DNA of 64,000 nucleotides, from positions 406,014-470,013 of IMG/VR virus record IMGVR_UViG_3300028558_000016. One strand, 5' to 3'. The notes under the pieces were generated by a model, which ran no database searches, had not been told where the DNA came from, and saw only the letters and a list, made by a program, of their open reading frames with translations. Below, in pieces: positions 14,507-23,938 of the stretch. The stretch is from a virus. A program made the position numbers and the translations under genes. Within the stretch, counting starts at the first letter, position 1; the number at the start of each line of letters is the position of its first letter.

Positions 14507-16242
14507 TAGGATTTGATATTACAGGAAAGAAATCAAAAAGCGTAACTAAATGGGAAGACTCATTGTTTGGAGGCTATTACAGAACTGTAATGGATTACCC
14601 GGACGTGAAAGTTCACAGCAACGTTGATTTTGATTTTGGAACCATAGCGTATGGAAGTTACTTTTTAAAAGAGAAGATCTTGAAGATTTTCTTATCTAAG
14701 GTTAAAACACACGGTTACACTACAAAGCTTTTGGATAACTGTACTGTCGAAAGAAAACGAGATGCATGGGGTGATGAAATCACTGAGGCCACCGTAGATA
14801 ATAACAGCAAGCTCAGTACAATAAGAGCTGTGATTGCAAGAGAACCAGAGTTTGCTCCTATGTTTTCCCATTATATGAAGTTTATAATGGACACCAGAAT
14901 TTACTTTTACAAAAGCAATTCTAAAGCTCCAAGCAATGGGACTGGTTCTTCAGACGACGATTTTGAAGAATTTAAGGATGAAAACGAAAATGACGAATCA
15001 TCCGGAAAATCAGAAGAAGAAAAATCTAAAAACGGAAACTCCGGTAAAGGCAAAGAGAAAGAGAAAGAAGAAGAGAAACCAGAAGAAACCAAGGATGAAA
15101 GCTCTGGTGATGGAGAAGGAGAAGAAAAAGAGGAGCCAGAAAATTCCGAATCTGATGGTTCAAATTCTGAAGAAGAAAAGGAAGAAGAAAAAGGAGATGG
15201 AGAAGGAGAAGGAGAAGAAAAATCTCCAGAGGATAAGGCGTTGGAAGATAAATTAGAAAAAGAACTTGAGAAAAGGAAACAGGAAATAGAAGAACGAGAA
15301 CAGAAGGCAAAACAAAAACCTGTCAAAAAATTAACTCAGGCTGAAATAAATCAAATCCAAGAATCTTTCAAAAAGGCCATTCAAAGTATAGTTGAAGAGT
15401 CCATTGTTCATAGCTACATTTCAGGATTTAAAAAACCTGTTAAAGTAATTTTTGAACGACCAAATGTTAGAGACACTGAGTTTAATTACGAAGACAAAAG
15501 AATAGCCGAGAATCTCGTTAAGATGCTCGACATTTCATTTGACCCAGCGAAAGAAATAGTAAAGAACTTGCGTCTTGGCAAATTGGACATATCAAAGATT
15601 GCAGAGGTTCCAGCCGGAAATATTGCCATATACAAGCAGGATGTGGAAAATCAAACGACTAAACCATTTAGCATTGTAATATTATGTGATGAGTCAGGAA
15701 GCATGGGTTCTGGACATGAATACAAAGGACGTGGCGATAAATTGTATTCGCAATATAGAATAGTCAAACAATTGTACTTGGCATTTTCTGACATCATTCC
15801 ACAGAATAAACTCTATGTGTATGGACATTCGGGATCAGAAGAACCTGAGCTTTATGTTTATCAAGATTCTTATCGTCCAAATTTTACCAAGACGATTGAT
15901 CACATGATCCACAACCATAATCACCATTCCAATTATGATGGACCTGCAATAGAAGAAGTTTACAATCAGGTAAGAAATTCCACCGATGATAGAATAATTT
16001 TTATTTGTCTTTCTGATGGTCAACCTGCTGGAAATAATTATGGAGGTCACGATGATCAATTGAAAATGAAACAAATAATTGAAAAATGTAAGAGGGATGA
16101 ATTCGTGACTGTTGGTGTTGGAATTCAATATTTCACCGTAAAGAATCTTTATCAATACAGCACGGTGGTAACTGATCTGGATGAAATGGCTAAGAAAGTG
16201 AGTCACATAGTCAATCACGTGGTCAAAAGTGAGTTTCAATAA
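14503..16242 (+). CDS. CobT-like protein: acidic low-complexity centre plus a C-terminal VWA domain
   Basis: E/K/G-rich region EEEKEEEKGDGEGEGEEK; MIDAS motif ILCDESGSM (DxSxS); the partnership with the upstream AAA+ gene mirrors CobS/CobT and other MoxR–VWA pairs. Confidence 0.6.
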   Translation: MIGFDITGKKSKSVTKWEDSLFGGYYRTVMDYPDVKVHSNVDFDFGTIAYGSYFLKEKILKIFLSKVKTHGYTTKLLDNCTVERKRDAWGDEITEATVDNNSKLSTIRAVIAREPEFAPMFSHYMKFIMDTRIYFYKSNSKAPSNGTGSSDDDFEEFKDENENDESSGKSEEEKSKNGNSGKGKEKEKEEEKPEETKDESSGDGEGEEKEEPENSESDGSNSEEEKEEEKGDGEGEGEEKSPEDKALEDKLEKELEKRKQEIEEREQKAKQKPVKKLTQAEINQIQESFKKAIQSIVEESIVHSYISGFKKPVKVIFERPNVRDTEFNYEDKRIAENLVKMLDISFDPAKEIVKNLRLGKLDISKIAEVPAGNIAIYKQDVENQTTKPFSIVILCDESGSMGSGHEYKGRGDKLYSQYRIVKQLYLAFSDIIPQNKLYVYGHSGSEEPELYVYQDSYRPNFTKTIDHMIHNHNHHSNYDGPAIEEVYNQVRNSTDDRIIFICLSDGQPAGNNYGGHDDQLKMKQIIEKCKRDEFVTVGVGIQYFTVKNLYQYSTVVTDLDEMAKKVSHIVNHVVKSEFQ

Positions 16243-16259
16243 TTTTTTGTATATTAGCT

Positions 16260-16532
16260 ATGTTCTTTGACACGATACAAAATATTCTTCTCGCAAAGAG
16301 AAAGAGAAAAGAGTATGGATATACAGCAGTAGGAGAATTGCTTAGAAATGTTCATGGAACTGAAGCAAAAATAATAGATGTTATTTTTAATCCGGCTGGA
16401 TCCATTATAAAATTTGCTTACGATGATGACATGTTCTATTATACAACAATAGAGAAGCTCCAGACAAAATATTTTAAGATGATTGAATATTCTTCTGGTA
16501 GAATGTCAAATGAAGAATATGGAAATGAATAG
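16260..16532 (+). CDS. hypothetical protein (90 aa)
   Basis: ORF ending at the tRNA-Arg(TCT). Confidence 0.4.
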   Translation: MFFDTIQNILLAKRKRKEYGYTAVGELLRNVHGTEAKIIDVIFNPAGSIIKFAYDDDMFYYTTIEKLQTKYFKMIEYSSGRMSNEEYGNE

Positions 16533-16605
16533 GTCCCGTAGCTCAGCTGGATAGAGCACAGGTTTTCTAAACCTGCGGTCCTTGGTTCGAATCCAAGCGG
16601 GATCA
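16532..16605 (+). tRNA. tRNA-Arg(TCT): tRNA-Arg (anticodon TCT)
   Basis: Acceptor GGTCCCG/CGGGATC; D arm GCTC-AGCTGGATA-GAGC; anticodon arm CAGGT-TTTCTAA-ACCTG; T arm CTTGG-TTCGAAT-CCAAG. Confidence 0.75.
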
Positions 16606-16609
16606 CAAA

Positions 16610-16849
16610 ATGGAGAAATTTTTTAGCGACATACAGAAACACATCCTAATCGTCAGAAAAGGAAAGATGATGGGAAAGGAACTCAGCGATAAAATAAAAG
16701 ATTTATCCTCAGTTACTGACAAAATGAGAAAAAATTTGTTGAACGATCTTGAAACAAAATTTGGAATAAGGATTGAAGCAATGACAACAGTGACATTCGA
16801 TAAAAATGGAAAAGTTAAAACGGAAAGAATAATAGATTTTAAGGAATAA
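16610..16849 (+). CDS. hypothetical protein (79 aa)
   Basis: ORF. Confidence 0.4.
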   Translation: MEKFFSDIQKHILIVRKGKMMGKELSDKIKDLSSVTDKMRKNLLNDLETKFGIRIEAMTTVTFDKNGKVKTERIIDFKE

Positions 16850-17190
16850 TGGAAATAATAATGTTTATACTTGGAGCAGCCACGGTGCTGTTCATTCAGT
16901 TTTTAATGAAGAACAATTCTACAAAGAAGGTGATGAAAACTATTTATAACCCAATAGTTGAAGCCACTTATGAGAAAGGAATTATGACTGTGAAATATCA
17001 CAATGGACAAGTTTCTCGATACCAGGGAAGTTCCACAGTGTGGCATTCATATCCATTGATGCACAGGATAGGAACTTTGGGAGAAGGAAGATTGTGTGAT
17101 ATTTACCAATACATTAAAACTCATGGAAATCCTTATCCAACAGCACACAAGAAATTAGAAGAAGAAAAGAAAAACGCGTTTTACGAATAA
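16849..17190 (+). CDS. membrane-anchored hypothetical protein (113 aa)
   Basis: N-terminal TM helix IIMFILGAATVLFIQFLM. Confidence 0.45.
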   Translation: MEIIMFILGAATVLFIQFLMKNNSTKKVMKTIYNPIVEATYEKGIMTVKYHNGQVSRYQGSSTVWHSYPLMHRIGTLGEGRLCDIYQYIKTHGNPYPTAHKKLEEEKKNAFYE

Positions 17191-17561
17191 TGTTCATGTA
17201 CGGATTATATGCAAATGATGAAACCATGCGACAGTATGTGGAATTCATCTGTGCTCAAATAAGCACACGCTGTGGAGCATCCGTTAATGCGACCAGCGGT
17301 TTTCCTATGAAAGGCTATTACGTTCCCGTTAAGTTGGAAATAAAAGAAAAGCTTTCAAGATCTGCTGAAATGAAAATGACCGTGTTTGGATATGAAAAAG
17401 AATTCATATTCTTCATGAGCAGACACAAGAGTCCTGATTCATTGTTGCATGAGCTCCAAAGAAAGATCGATGAATTGACTTTGGAAGTAATAAAAGAAAA
17501 TAACATGGACCAAGACAAAATATACAATGACCATCATCCTTTAAAAAATTTAAAATTATAA
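17190..17561 (+). CDS. hypothetical protein (123 aa)
   Basis: ORF. Confidence 0.45.
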   Translation: MFMYGLYANDETMRQYVEFICAQISTRCGASVNATSGFPMKGYYVPVKLEIKEKLSRSAEMKMTVFGYEKEFIFFMSRHKSPDSLLHELQRKIDELTLEVIKENNMDQDKIYNDHHPLKNLKL

Positions 17562-17562
17562 T

Positions 17563-18255
17563 ATGTCAGCATTTAATTTAGCAGTTCCACCACATCCACT
17601 ATCCTCGTTATTACTAAGAGCAATTAACTGGGCACAGCCTGATGATCCTGAAAAGAAATATCCTATTCTTGGAAGAATGAGATATGTTTGGATCGATGAA
17701 GAGAAAAATATTAAGATTCTGGTTAGAGATGCTCCTGACTCATGGTCAGAGGAAAAGGACGAAGTGATGAAACAAATCAAAGGTCATGAAACTTTTGTGA
17801 GTGTTGAAGTTTCTGAAAAAGATTCTACACATCTAATTGCCACATTCAAGCCTGTAATGGAAACTTCTTATGACAGAAGCATTCCAATGGATGAATTCCT
17901 CGATAACATCCACATATTTGATGAGGGTGCTCAATCTAAAGGTTGGCCGTCTCTTCTTGTTGGACCATGGGAATTATTTGATATTGCTATGGAGAAAATG
18001 AAAAATGGAGAGATGAGTCCCAAGATGGAGAGATTTGGTGAGCAATTAAAAGAAATGCTAAATGAGTCGGAAGCGGAAGACAAGCTTGAAGAGATGACAA
18101 AGGAAGCTGGTATTGATGGATTTGAAACTAAGAAAATAAAAGTGATGACAGTCGACAGAGTAGGAAATTTGAGTGATGAGACTGAAAGATTCATGAAAGA
18201 AAATGACAATGGAAAAACTCCTGGACAAGATACAAGCCAAGATACTCGTTCTTAA
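17563..18255 (+). CDS. hypothetical protein (230 aa)
   Basis: ORF. Confidence 0.45.
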   Translation: MSAFNLAVPPHPLSSLLLRAINWAQPDDPEKKYPILGRMRYVWIDEEKNIKILVRDAPDSWSEEKDEVMKQIKGHETFVSVEVSEKDSTHLIATFKPVMETSYDRSIPMDEFLDNIHIFDEGAQSKGWPSLLVGPWELFDIAMEKMKNGEMSPKMERFGEQLKEMLNESEAEDKLEEMTKEAGIDGFETKKIKVMTVDRVGNLSDETERFMKENDNGKTPGQDTSQDTRS

Positions 18256-18360
18256 GCGAAAGAAACTGGCTAACATTGCAGTTTATTCAAAAGCTGTAAA
18301 TGAAAGGTTTTATGGAAACATTACGGTGAAAACATTCACAATTGAATTAAAAATAAAGGA

Positions 18361-18690
18361 ATGAAAATAATTGAAAAGGAAAATAAAGAGGTAAACGTAT
18401 TAAAGGATGTCATCTGCGACTGCTGTGGGAAAAGCTGTAACATATTCTTGGAAAAAGATCACCTTGTATCAAATTTCGAGTGCATGACACTCAAAGCCAA
18501 TTGGGGATATGGCACTAAGAAGGATATGGAAAGATGGACTGCTCAAATATGCGAAAAATGCGTGGATGAAAAATTAGTTCCATTAATTAAGTTTAAAAAG
18601 GAAGATCTCGATTTCAATACCGTTATAGGAACTCAATCAGATTATGGAAATAGATTAGAAGAAGGTCCATATCCAGGAATAGAAGACTAA
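18361..18690 (+). CDS. Cys-rich (zinc-ribbon-like) protein
   Basis: CDCCGKSC ... CEKC cysteine pairs. Confidence 0.4.
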   Translation: MKIIEKENKEVNVLKDVICDCCGKSCNIFLEKDHLVSNFECMTLKANWGYGTKKDMERWTAQICEKCVDEKLVPLIKFKKEDLDFNTVIGTQSDYGNRLEEGPYPGIED

Positions 18691-18983
18691 TGGAAAAATT
18701 TGCAAATAAAATAACCGAATTGCTCGTTTTAAAGAGAAAAAATAACAAAATCTTTAAAAACGTTTCAGGAATGGAATTTATTTGGGAAATGGCAGCAAAT
18801 TTTGGAATCCATAATATACAAACTGTTTCTATAATAGCAGAAAAAGATTTTATGACGCCGATGGTAGTTATAAATGGATTGGTTGTCGGAAACATATCGC
18901 GTGAAATGCTTCAGGATATTAAATCTAAAGGTTCACCGCCGGCATGTTGGAATGAGGAAATAATGGAAATAATGGTCCCTTAG
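18690..18983 (+). CDS. hypothetical protein (97 aa)
   Basis: ORF; the stop abuts the tRNA-Met. Confidence 0.4.
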   Translation: MEKFANKITELLVLKRKNNKIFKNVSGMEFIWEMAANFGIHNIQTVSIIAEKDFMTPMVVINGLVVGNISREMLQDIKSKGSPPACWNEEIMEIMVP

Positions 18984-19047
18984 CTCAGTTGGTTAGAGCG
19001 CCTGACTCATAATCAGAGGGTCGCAGGTTCAAATCCTGCAGGGACCA
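18974..19047 (+). tRNA. tRNA-Met(CAT): tRNA-Met (anticodon CAT; could also be an Ile2/lysidine type)
   Basis: Acceptor GGTCCCT/AGGGACC perfect; D arm GCTC-AGTTGGTTA-GAGC; anticodon loop CTCATAA; T arm GCAGG-TTCAAAT-CCTGC. Confidence 0.75.
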
Positions 19048-19048
19048 C

Positions 19049-19636
19049 ATGATAACAATTGGTATAGCTGGTGGAATGGGTTCTGGTAAGAGCCACATAA
19101 GCAAAGCATTTGCAAAGAATGGAATTCCTGTTTATGACTGTGATAGCCAAACTAAGGATTTGTTAAACAGGAATGAAAGATTAAAATCCAACATGATTTC
19201 CGCGTTTGGAGAAGGATGTTATGTTAACGGAAAATACAGCAGAGATTACATAGTCGAATTGGCATCTAAAAATCCTAATGTGGTAGATGATACTGGAAAA
19301 ATAATAGGTCCGTATCTTATTGAAGACTTCAAAACATTTAAAGAAATTAATGAGTCTTTCCATACTCCATTCATTGCTATAGAATCTGCGATACTTACTA
19401 AATCAAAAAAGCTTATGAATGAAATCAATAAGCTTCTTGTGGTGACTGCCCCATTTGAAATAAGAATGGATAGAATTAAAAAGAGAGATCCATTTAGAAC
19501 TGACGATGAAATCAAATTGTTATTAAGCAAACAGCCTGAGATCAAATTGTGTGAAATAGATTTTCTTATAGATAATGATGGAACTAAAAATGTGGATGAT
19601 GCCGTTGTGACAATTATTAATGGACTTATTCCTTAA
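19049..19636 (+). CDS. dephospho-CoA kinase (CoaE)-like P-loop kinase
   Basis: N-terminal ITIGIAGGMGSGKSHISKAF...IPVYDCD matches the CoaE signature (IGLTGGIGSGKS...VIDAD); 195 aa. Confidence 0.6.
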   Translation: MITIGIAGGMGSGKSHISKAFAKNGIPVYDCDSQTKDLLNRNERLKSNMISAFGEGCYVNGKYSRDYIVELASKNPNVVDDTGKIIGPYLIEDFKTFKEINESFHTPFIAIESAILTKSKKLMNEINKLLVVTAPFEIRMDRIKKRDPFRTDDEIKLLLSKQPEIKLCEIDFLIDNDGTKNVDDAVVTIINGLIP

Positions 19637-20165
19637 CTATCTGAATGCACTTAGGATTGAAAACGATATAGCTATAAATGTCATCTCCTTTTAAAACTGT
19701 TGCTCCATCATATTTTATGTGAACCATGTTCTTGGCAAATAAATCAGGTTTCCCTTCGTAAAATTCATCAGCTAAAATCTTATAACAGTTGTGAGCACTT
19801 CCACCATTCATGATGTGATCAATGGCTTTGAAATATGCTTCCCTTGCATTGTGATCAAACTTCTTTAATGTCTCATCCTTGTCTGGCGCATAAGACAACA
19901 TGTAAACGACGTCATCTCTTTTTGGAGGTCCTTGGTCAGAAACCATTCTTCCTAATTTAAGTTGTGCTTTGGTAACATAGGCTCCATGTTTTCTTGCATC
20001 ATTTTCCTTGGACAAAAATAATATTCCAGACACCTCATCTTTGTGTTCAAACATGTTATCAAACGTGAATCCTTTTTTCACTTCAATTCCACCATGATAG
20101 CCCACGATCATTTCAGGTCCTACCTTGTCAGGAAATCTTTCTTTGAAACGTTGAATGTATCCCAT
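19626..20165 (-). CDS. hypothetical protein (179 aa); inverted relative to the surrounding + genes
   Basis: ORF on the opposite strand, converging on the CoaE-like gene. Confidence 0.45.
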   Translation of the reverse strand: MGYIQRFKERFPDKVGPEMIVGYHGGIEVKKGFTFDNMFEHKDEVSGILFLSKENDARKHGAYVTKAQLKLGRMVSDQGPPKRDDVVYMLSYAPDKDETLKKFDHNAREAYFKAIDHIMNGGSAHNCYKILADEFYEGKPDLFAKNMVHIKYDGATVLKGDDIYSYIVFNPKCIQIVKE

Positions 20166-20482
20166 TACTTTTTAAATAATTTCTTTAAATCATTGATGCA
20201 AATCCTCTTCCATACCATGGCGTGCAATTTCAATTTTTTGAAAAAAGACTTCTCGCCAACTTTCTTAATTCTCATCCTTCTTACAAGCATTCGCTTCTCA
20301 TTCAAAAGAGCATTCGACATTTCATATTCTTCAAACTGTGTGCAGCTTTTAATCCATCTGTTCAGTAATAAAATCTTTTGATTGTCGTTTAGCTTTTTTC
20401 TTTCAGCAGAGTACCAGGCAAGAATGAATTTAACTTTGTTGCGGCTATTATTTCTATCGTTATTGTTGCTCACGTTATCCAT
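20165..20482 (-). CDS. basic hypothetical protein (105 aa)
   Basis: ORF coupled to the upstream − gene. Confidence 0.4.
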   Translation of the reverse strand: MDNVSNNNDRNNSRNKVKFILAWYSAERKKLNDNQKILLLNRWIKSCTQFEEYEMSNALLNEKRMLVRRMRIKKVGEKSFFKKLKLHAMVWKRICINDLKKLFKK

Positions 20483-20661
20483 CTATTCTATATATTCGTG
20501 ATTTTACGAAGTATTTTTCTATTATGAATATCATTTATTGAATGGAAATTTGCATGGAAATGTCATTTTGTAACTATTTGATAATCAATAAGTTACGCAA
20601 TCATTTTTATATATGGAAAATAGTTAGTATATTTACATTGTAAATCAAAACCAACCAAAAA

Positions 20662-20922
20662 ATGAGTGCAACCAAAGCGTACTATGAACAGTTCTTCCAG
20701 GAAGAACATCATGATTTTGTAGATGAATCCTCTTATGAAGATTTTCTTCGTATGGAAAGAGAACATCAACAACAAGAATTAAATCTTCTTGAAATGAGCG
20801 TCGAAGAACATGATGAAGAAATCATCGTTCAAAGAAGTCCAAAAACCCAAATAAATTGGGAAGAAAAAGCCAATGAGTTTTTGGCAGGAAGCAAAACTCC
20901 AATTCGTGACTTACCATTTTAA
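20662..20922 (+). CDS. acidic hypothetical protein (86 aa)
   Basis: ORF. Confidence 0.4.
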   Translation: MSATKAYYEQFFQEEHHDFVDESSYEDFLRMEREHQQQELNLLEMSVEEHDEEIIVQRSPKTQINWEEKANEFLAGSKTPIRDLPF

Positions 20923-20932
20923 AATTTAAAAC

Positions 20933-21397
20933 ATGAAATCATTATTGACATTAAAAGATACGGATGTTATGCAAGGATATAACACCATCATGGAAAGAAT
21001 CGAAAACGGTTTTTATGACCAATACATAGGAACCAAAACTTTCGGAAGAAAAAGCCATTATAAAAAACTAATCGATAGAACTGGAATTTCTCTTACTCAA
21101 ATGGATTCGCTCCTTTCTGTAAAAGATTACACTACTATTCAATTTCATTTTGAACAAAATTATAAACCAAAAGCTGTTAGCTTGGCTCAAGATGAATTGA
21201 AAGGAAAAAATGCAGAAATTCTAATGCAAAATAACATTGAAAATTCTGAATTGGCCGATAAAGAAGAAAGAGAAAGAATCAATGGAATTCTTTCATCTAT
21301 TCCAAGCGAAGATCTTAATGGATATGGTTATTCAGAAGGAGCAGAGATTGCAATAGCTCATATTCTGAAGAACTATAATTTAACTTTTAAAAATTAA
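20933..21397 (+). CDS. hypothetical protein (154 aa)
   Basis: ORF. Confidence 0.45.
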   Translation: MKSLLTLKDTDVMQGYNTIMERIENGFYDQYIGTKTFGRKSHYKKLIDRTGISLTQMDSLLSVKDYTTIQFHFEQNYKPKAVSLAQDELKGKNAEILMQNNIENSELADKEERERINGILSSIPSEDLNGYGYSEGAEIAIAHILKNYNLTFKN

Positions 21398-22027
21398 ATG
21401 AAAAACATAAAACCATTTTCGAAAGTTTCACTTAATGTGGAACTTTCGTACGTTTCGCCGGGTGCCTTCAAAGAAGGAAGCAATTGTTGCGATTGGAATA
21501 ATCCAACTGAAGTTGCACTCGTAAAAGCAGCTCACATGAACGATGAAGCAAAAAAGGTTTTGAACTCAACAATCAGAGCTAATTTCCATGTTGAAATCAA
21601 AACAAAGGATAAAACAATGTTTGAAGTTGTTTCAGAAATGAATAGATTAAACACAGATGAAAAAATTCAAAGGGTCATTCAGTTATCTAAAGAATTACAA
21701 GAATATATTCTGTCTGTGACAAAATCTGTTTTTCCAGACCATCCTGCAACATATCCAGAAATAGTTGAGAAAGATTGGATGGATAAAATGAAGTTCAACA
21801 AAAAGACTGTTGATTATAATACCAACATTTACAGATGGAGCACCGACCATTCAATAGAAATAAAAATTCTTGATATTCTCCAAAAGTTCGTTGATGAAGG
21901 TTTAGAAAAACATATCAATCTTACAATGCACTATAATTGTTGGGCATATTTTTATAACAACAAACAAGTGTATGAGTCTCCGTTACAGGAAATAATTAAC
22001 CACAGAAGAAAACAAATAACACTATGA
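21398..22027 (+). CDS. hypothetical protein (209 aa)
   Basis: ORF. Confidence 0.45.
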   Translation: MKNIKPFSKVSLNVELSYVSPGAFKEGSNCCDWNNPTEVALVKAAHMNDEAKKVLNSTIRANFHVEIKTKDKTMFEVVSEMNRLNTDEKIQRVIQLSKELQEYILSVTKSVFPDHPATYPEIVEKDWMDKMKFNKKTVDYNTNIYRWSTDHSIEIKILDILQKFVDEGLEKHINLTMHYNCWAYFYNNKQVYESPLQEIINHRRKQITL

Positions 22028-22218
22028 AAAAAACATCATTACACCTTTCCGGATTTTGGTTTCACATCACTTGGGAAAACGATTGCGTTGGCCATGATCA
22101 GCATGGAACAAAGTGGAACAACATTAAAAATCCACAATGCAGCAATCCAGTCATCGCTCCTATATGCGAAATAATGCATGATACAATTATAAAATTAACT
22201 AAACTGCAATTACAATAA
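22024..22218 (+). CDS. hypothetical protein (64 aa)
   Basis: ORF. Confidence 0.35.
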   Translation: MKKTSLHLSGFWFHITWENDCVGHDQHGTKWNNIKNPQCSNPVIAPICEIMHDTIIKLTKLQLQ

Positions 22219-22661
22219 TGGAAATTATATTAGATTTCGACGGAACAGTCGTAGAACACAATTACCCTAAAATGGGAAGATGCAACTTCGGTTGTTTTGA
22301 AGTTTTAAAGAAGCTGCAAGATGCAGGACATAAAATCATTCTGAATACATACAGGGCTGATTGTAACAATGGAACTCTCGAACAAGCTTTGAAATTGCTC
22401 AACGAACAATATTGGATGATGCTAAAAGACAGAAGCATGAGAGAAGATTTCGAAATGAAACCGATAACGGAATTTTATAAAAGCAAAGTTGATCCACACC
22501 CATTTGATTGGGAAGCCATCAAACGCGACAACAGAATATTCATAGATGACATCGCATATAATATTCCATTGAAGAAAGCTTGCATGGTACAAAGCGATAT
22601 GGTTGATTGGGATGAGCTTGATAAGCAGTTTGAAGAAAACGGAATGTATGAAAAATTGTAG
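22218..22661 (+). CDS. HAD-superfamily phosphatase-like protein
   Basis: Motif I ILDFDGTVV (DxDGT). Confidence 0.5.
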   Translation: MEIILDFDGTVVEHNYPKMGRCNFGCFEVLKKLQDAGHKIILNTYRADCNNGTLEQALKLLNEQYWMMLKDRSMREDFEMKPITEFYKSKVDPHPFDWEAIKRDNRIFIDDIAYNIPLKKACMVQSDMVDWDELDKQFEENGMYEKL

Positions 22662-23016
22662 AGGAGAATCAATAGGACAACCCATCGTCGGTTGTGATTG
22701 CGAATATTGCTATCCTCGTTTGAGGAAATGGTATAAGGAGAAAAGAGAAAAGGAAGCTCCACACAAAGCAAACAGATTCAAATTTGTGAAAGCTGTTGTT
22801 GAGTCTGGTATTCCTGTCGATGACAATAATTGTGAGATGATAGCTAAATGGAATCAAATCATTGGAGACGAATCAAGCTTAATGACCACAACTAATATCA
22901 TGAAAGTTCCTGCGTTGCTGTCTCGATTGAAACTTTACATCCCATTTGATGGAAGAAATTTAAAACAAGAAACCAAAGATAGAGTACGCGAAATATGGAA
23001 CAGTCTAAAAAAATGA
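22648..23016 (+). CDS. Cys-rich hypothetical protein (start uncertain)
   Basis: ORF; the annotated TTG start overlaps the previous gene, so an internal ATG (MKNCRG) was chosen. Confidence 0.35.
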   Translation: MKNCRGESIGQPIVGCDCEYCYPRLRKWYKEKREKEAPHKANRFKFVKAVVESGIPVDDNNCEMIAKWNQIIGDESSLMTTTNIMKVPALLSRLKLYIPFDGRNLKQETKDRVREIWNSLKK

Positions 23017-23279
23017 AAAACAAGCAACTGGTAATAAACTTCTTTAATCATCTGGTTGAAGGAGGAATGCGCCAGGACGTTGCGGCAAGAAAGACTGCTA
23101 AAACATATTCTATTCCCGTAAAGAAGATCAGAGCGTTACTCCTGATTAAACCCAACAAAGTCACTGACCAAAGAAATGCCCTAATTAAATACCTTCATAA
23201 AGAACACAAAATGGGTGCCGACGAGATAGGAATTATCATAGGAATGGCACCAGTTTACATTAAGAGATTTCTAAAGTAA
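22995..23279 (+). CDS. hypothetical protein (94 aa), possibly DNA-binding
   Basis: ORF. Confidence 0.4.
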   Translation: MEQSKKMKNKQLVINFFNHLVEGGMRQDVAARKTAKTYSIPVKKIRALLLIKPNKVTDQRNALIKYLHKEHKMGADEIGIIIGMAPVYIKRFLK

Positions 23280-23284
23280 TAATT

Positions 23285-23335
23285 TTTTATTTGTCATAAA
23301 AATGTTATATTTGTGACAACTTATCTATTATTAAC
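23285..23335 (+). promoter_or_regulatory. promoter-like region with a TTGTCA-N17-TGACAA palindrome overlapping a TAnnTTTG box
   Basis: TTTATTTGTCATAAAAATGTTATATTTGTGACAAC. Confidence 0.4.
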
Positions 23336-23350
23336 TAAAACAAACACAAC

Positions 23351-23911
23351 ATGATCGGAATCTTATTATTTGGAACACTGTGGTTTTGGGTATTGGTTGC
23401 AGTGGCATCAATCCTCATTATCTTCTTCTTGGAAAGAGCACTTGACGATGAATATCACGACACTGGTGGAGGATTTCCATCAACAATCACCATCCTGATT
23501 TTTATTGCACTCTACTACTTCTTGGGATCAAAACAAGACGTATATGATTTCTTCGCATACATGCGAGATTACCCTTGGTTCACTATTGGCAGAGTGGCAG
23601 CTTACATTGGAATTGGAGTTATTTGGTCCATATTCAAATGGTATTTCTTCTTGCAAAATAAGAAGTATCAATTGACGAAAAAAATGGAAGACAGAGAGAT
23701 CGATGAAATAAACGAAAGCGATATTCCTCAAGCAAAGAAAAACAAAGCAAGAATTATTTCTTGGATGTCATATTGGCCATTCTCCATGTTATGGACGTTG
23801 ATCAACGAACCTGTAAAGAAAACATTCAGATTCATCTACTCGAAAATCGAAGGCATCTTCCAAAAGATGTCCGATCGTATTTTCAAGGATTTCAAAGTAA
23901 AAAAGAAATAA
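23351..23911 (+). CDS. integral membrane protein (186 aa)
   Basis: Several hydrophobic helices. Confidence 0.45.
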   Translation: MIGILLFGTLWFWVLVAVASILIIFFLERALDDEYHDTGGGFPSTITILIFIALYYFLGSKQDVYDFFAYMRDYPWFTIGRVAAYIGIGVIWSIFKWYFFLQNKKYQLTKKMEDREIDEINESDIPQAKKNKARIISWMSYWPFSMLWTLINEPVKKTFRFIYSKIEGIFQKMSDRIFKDFKVKKK

Positions 23912-23938
23912 ACCCCATCAATTAAAATCATCATTAAT

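Noticed and set aside
14907-15326. Alternative-frame ORFs inside the acidic tract of the CobT-like gene
   Set aside because: Low-complexity GAA/GAG repeats generate open frames on both strands; the VWA-containing frame is the coherent one.
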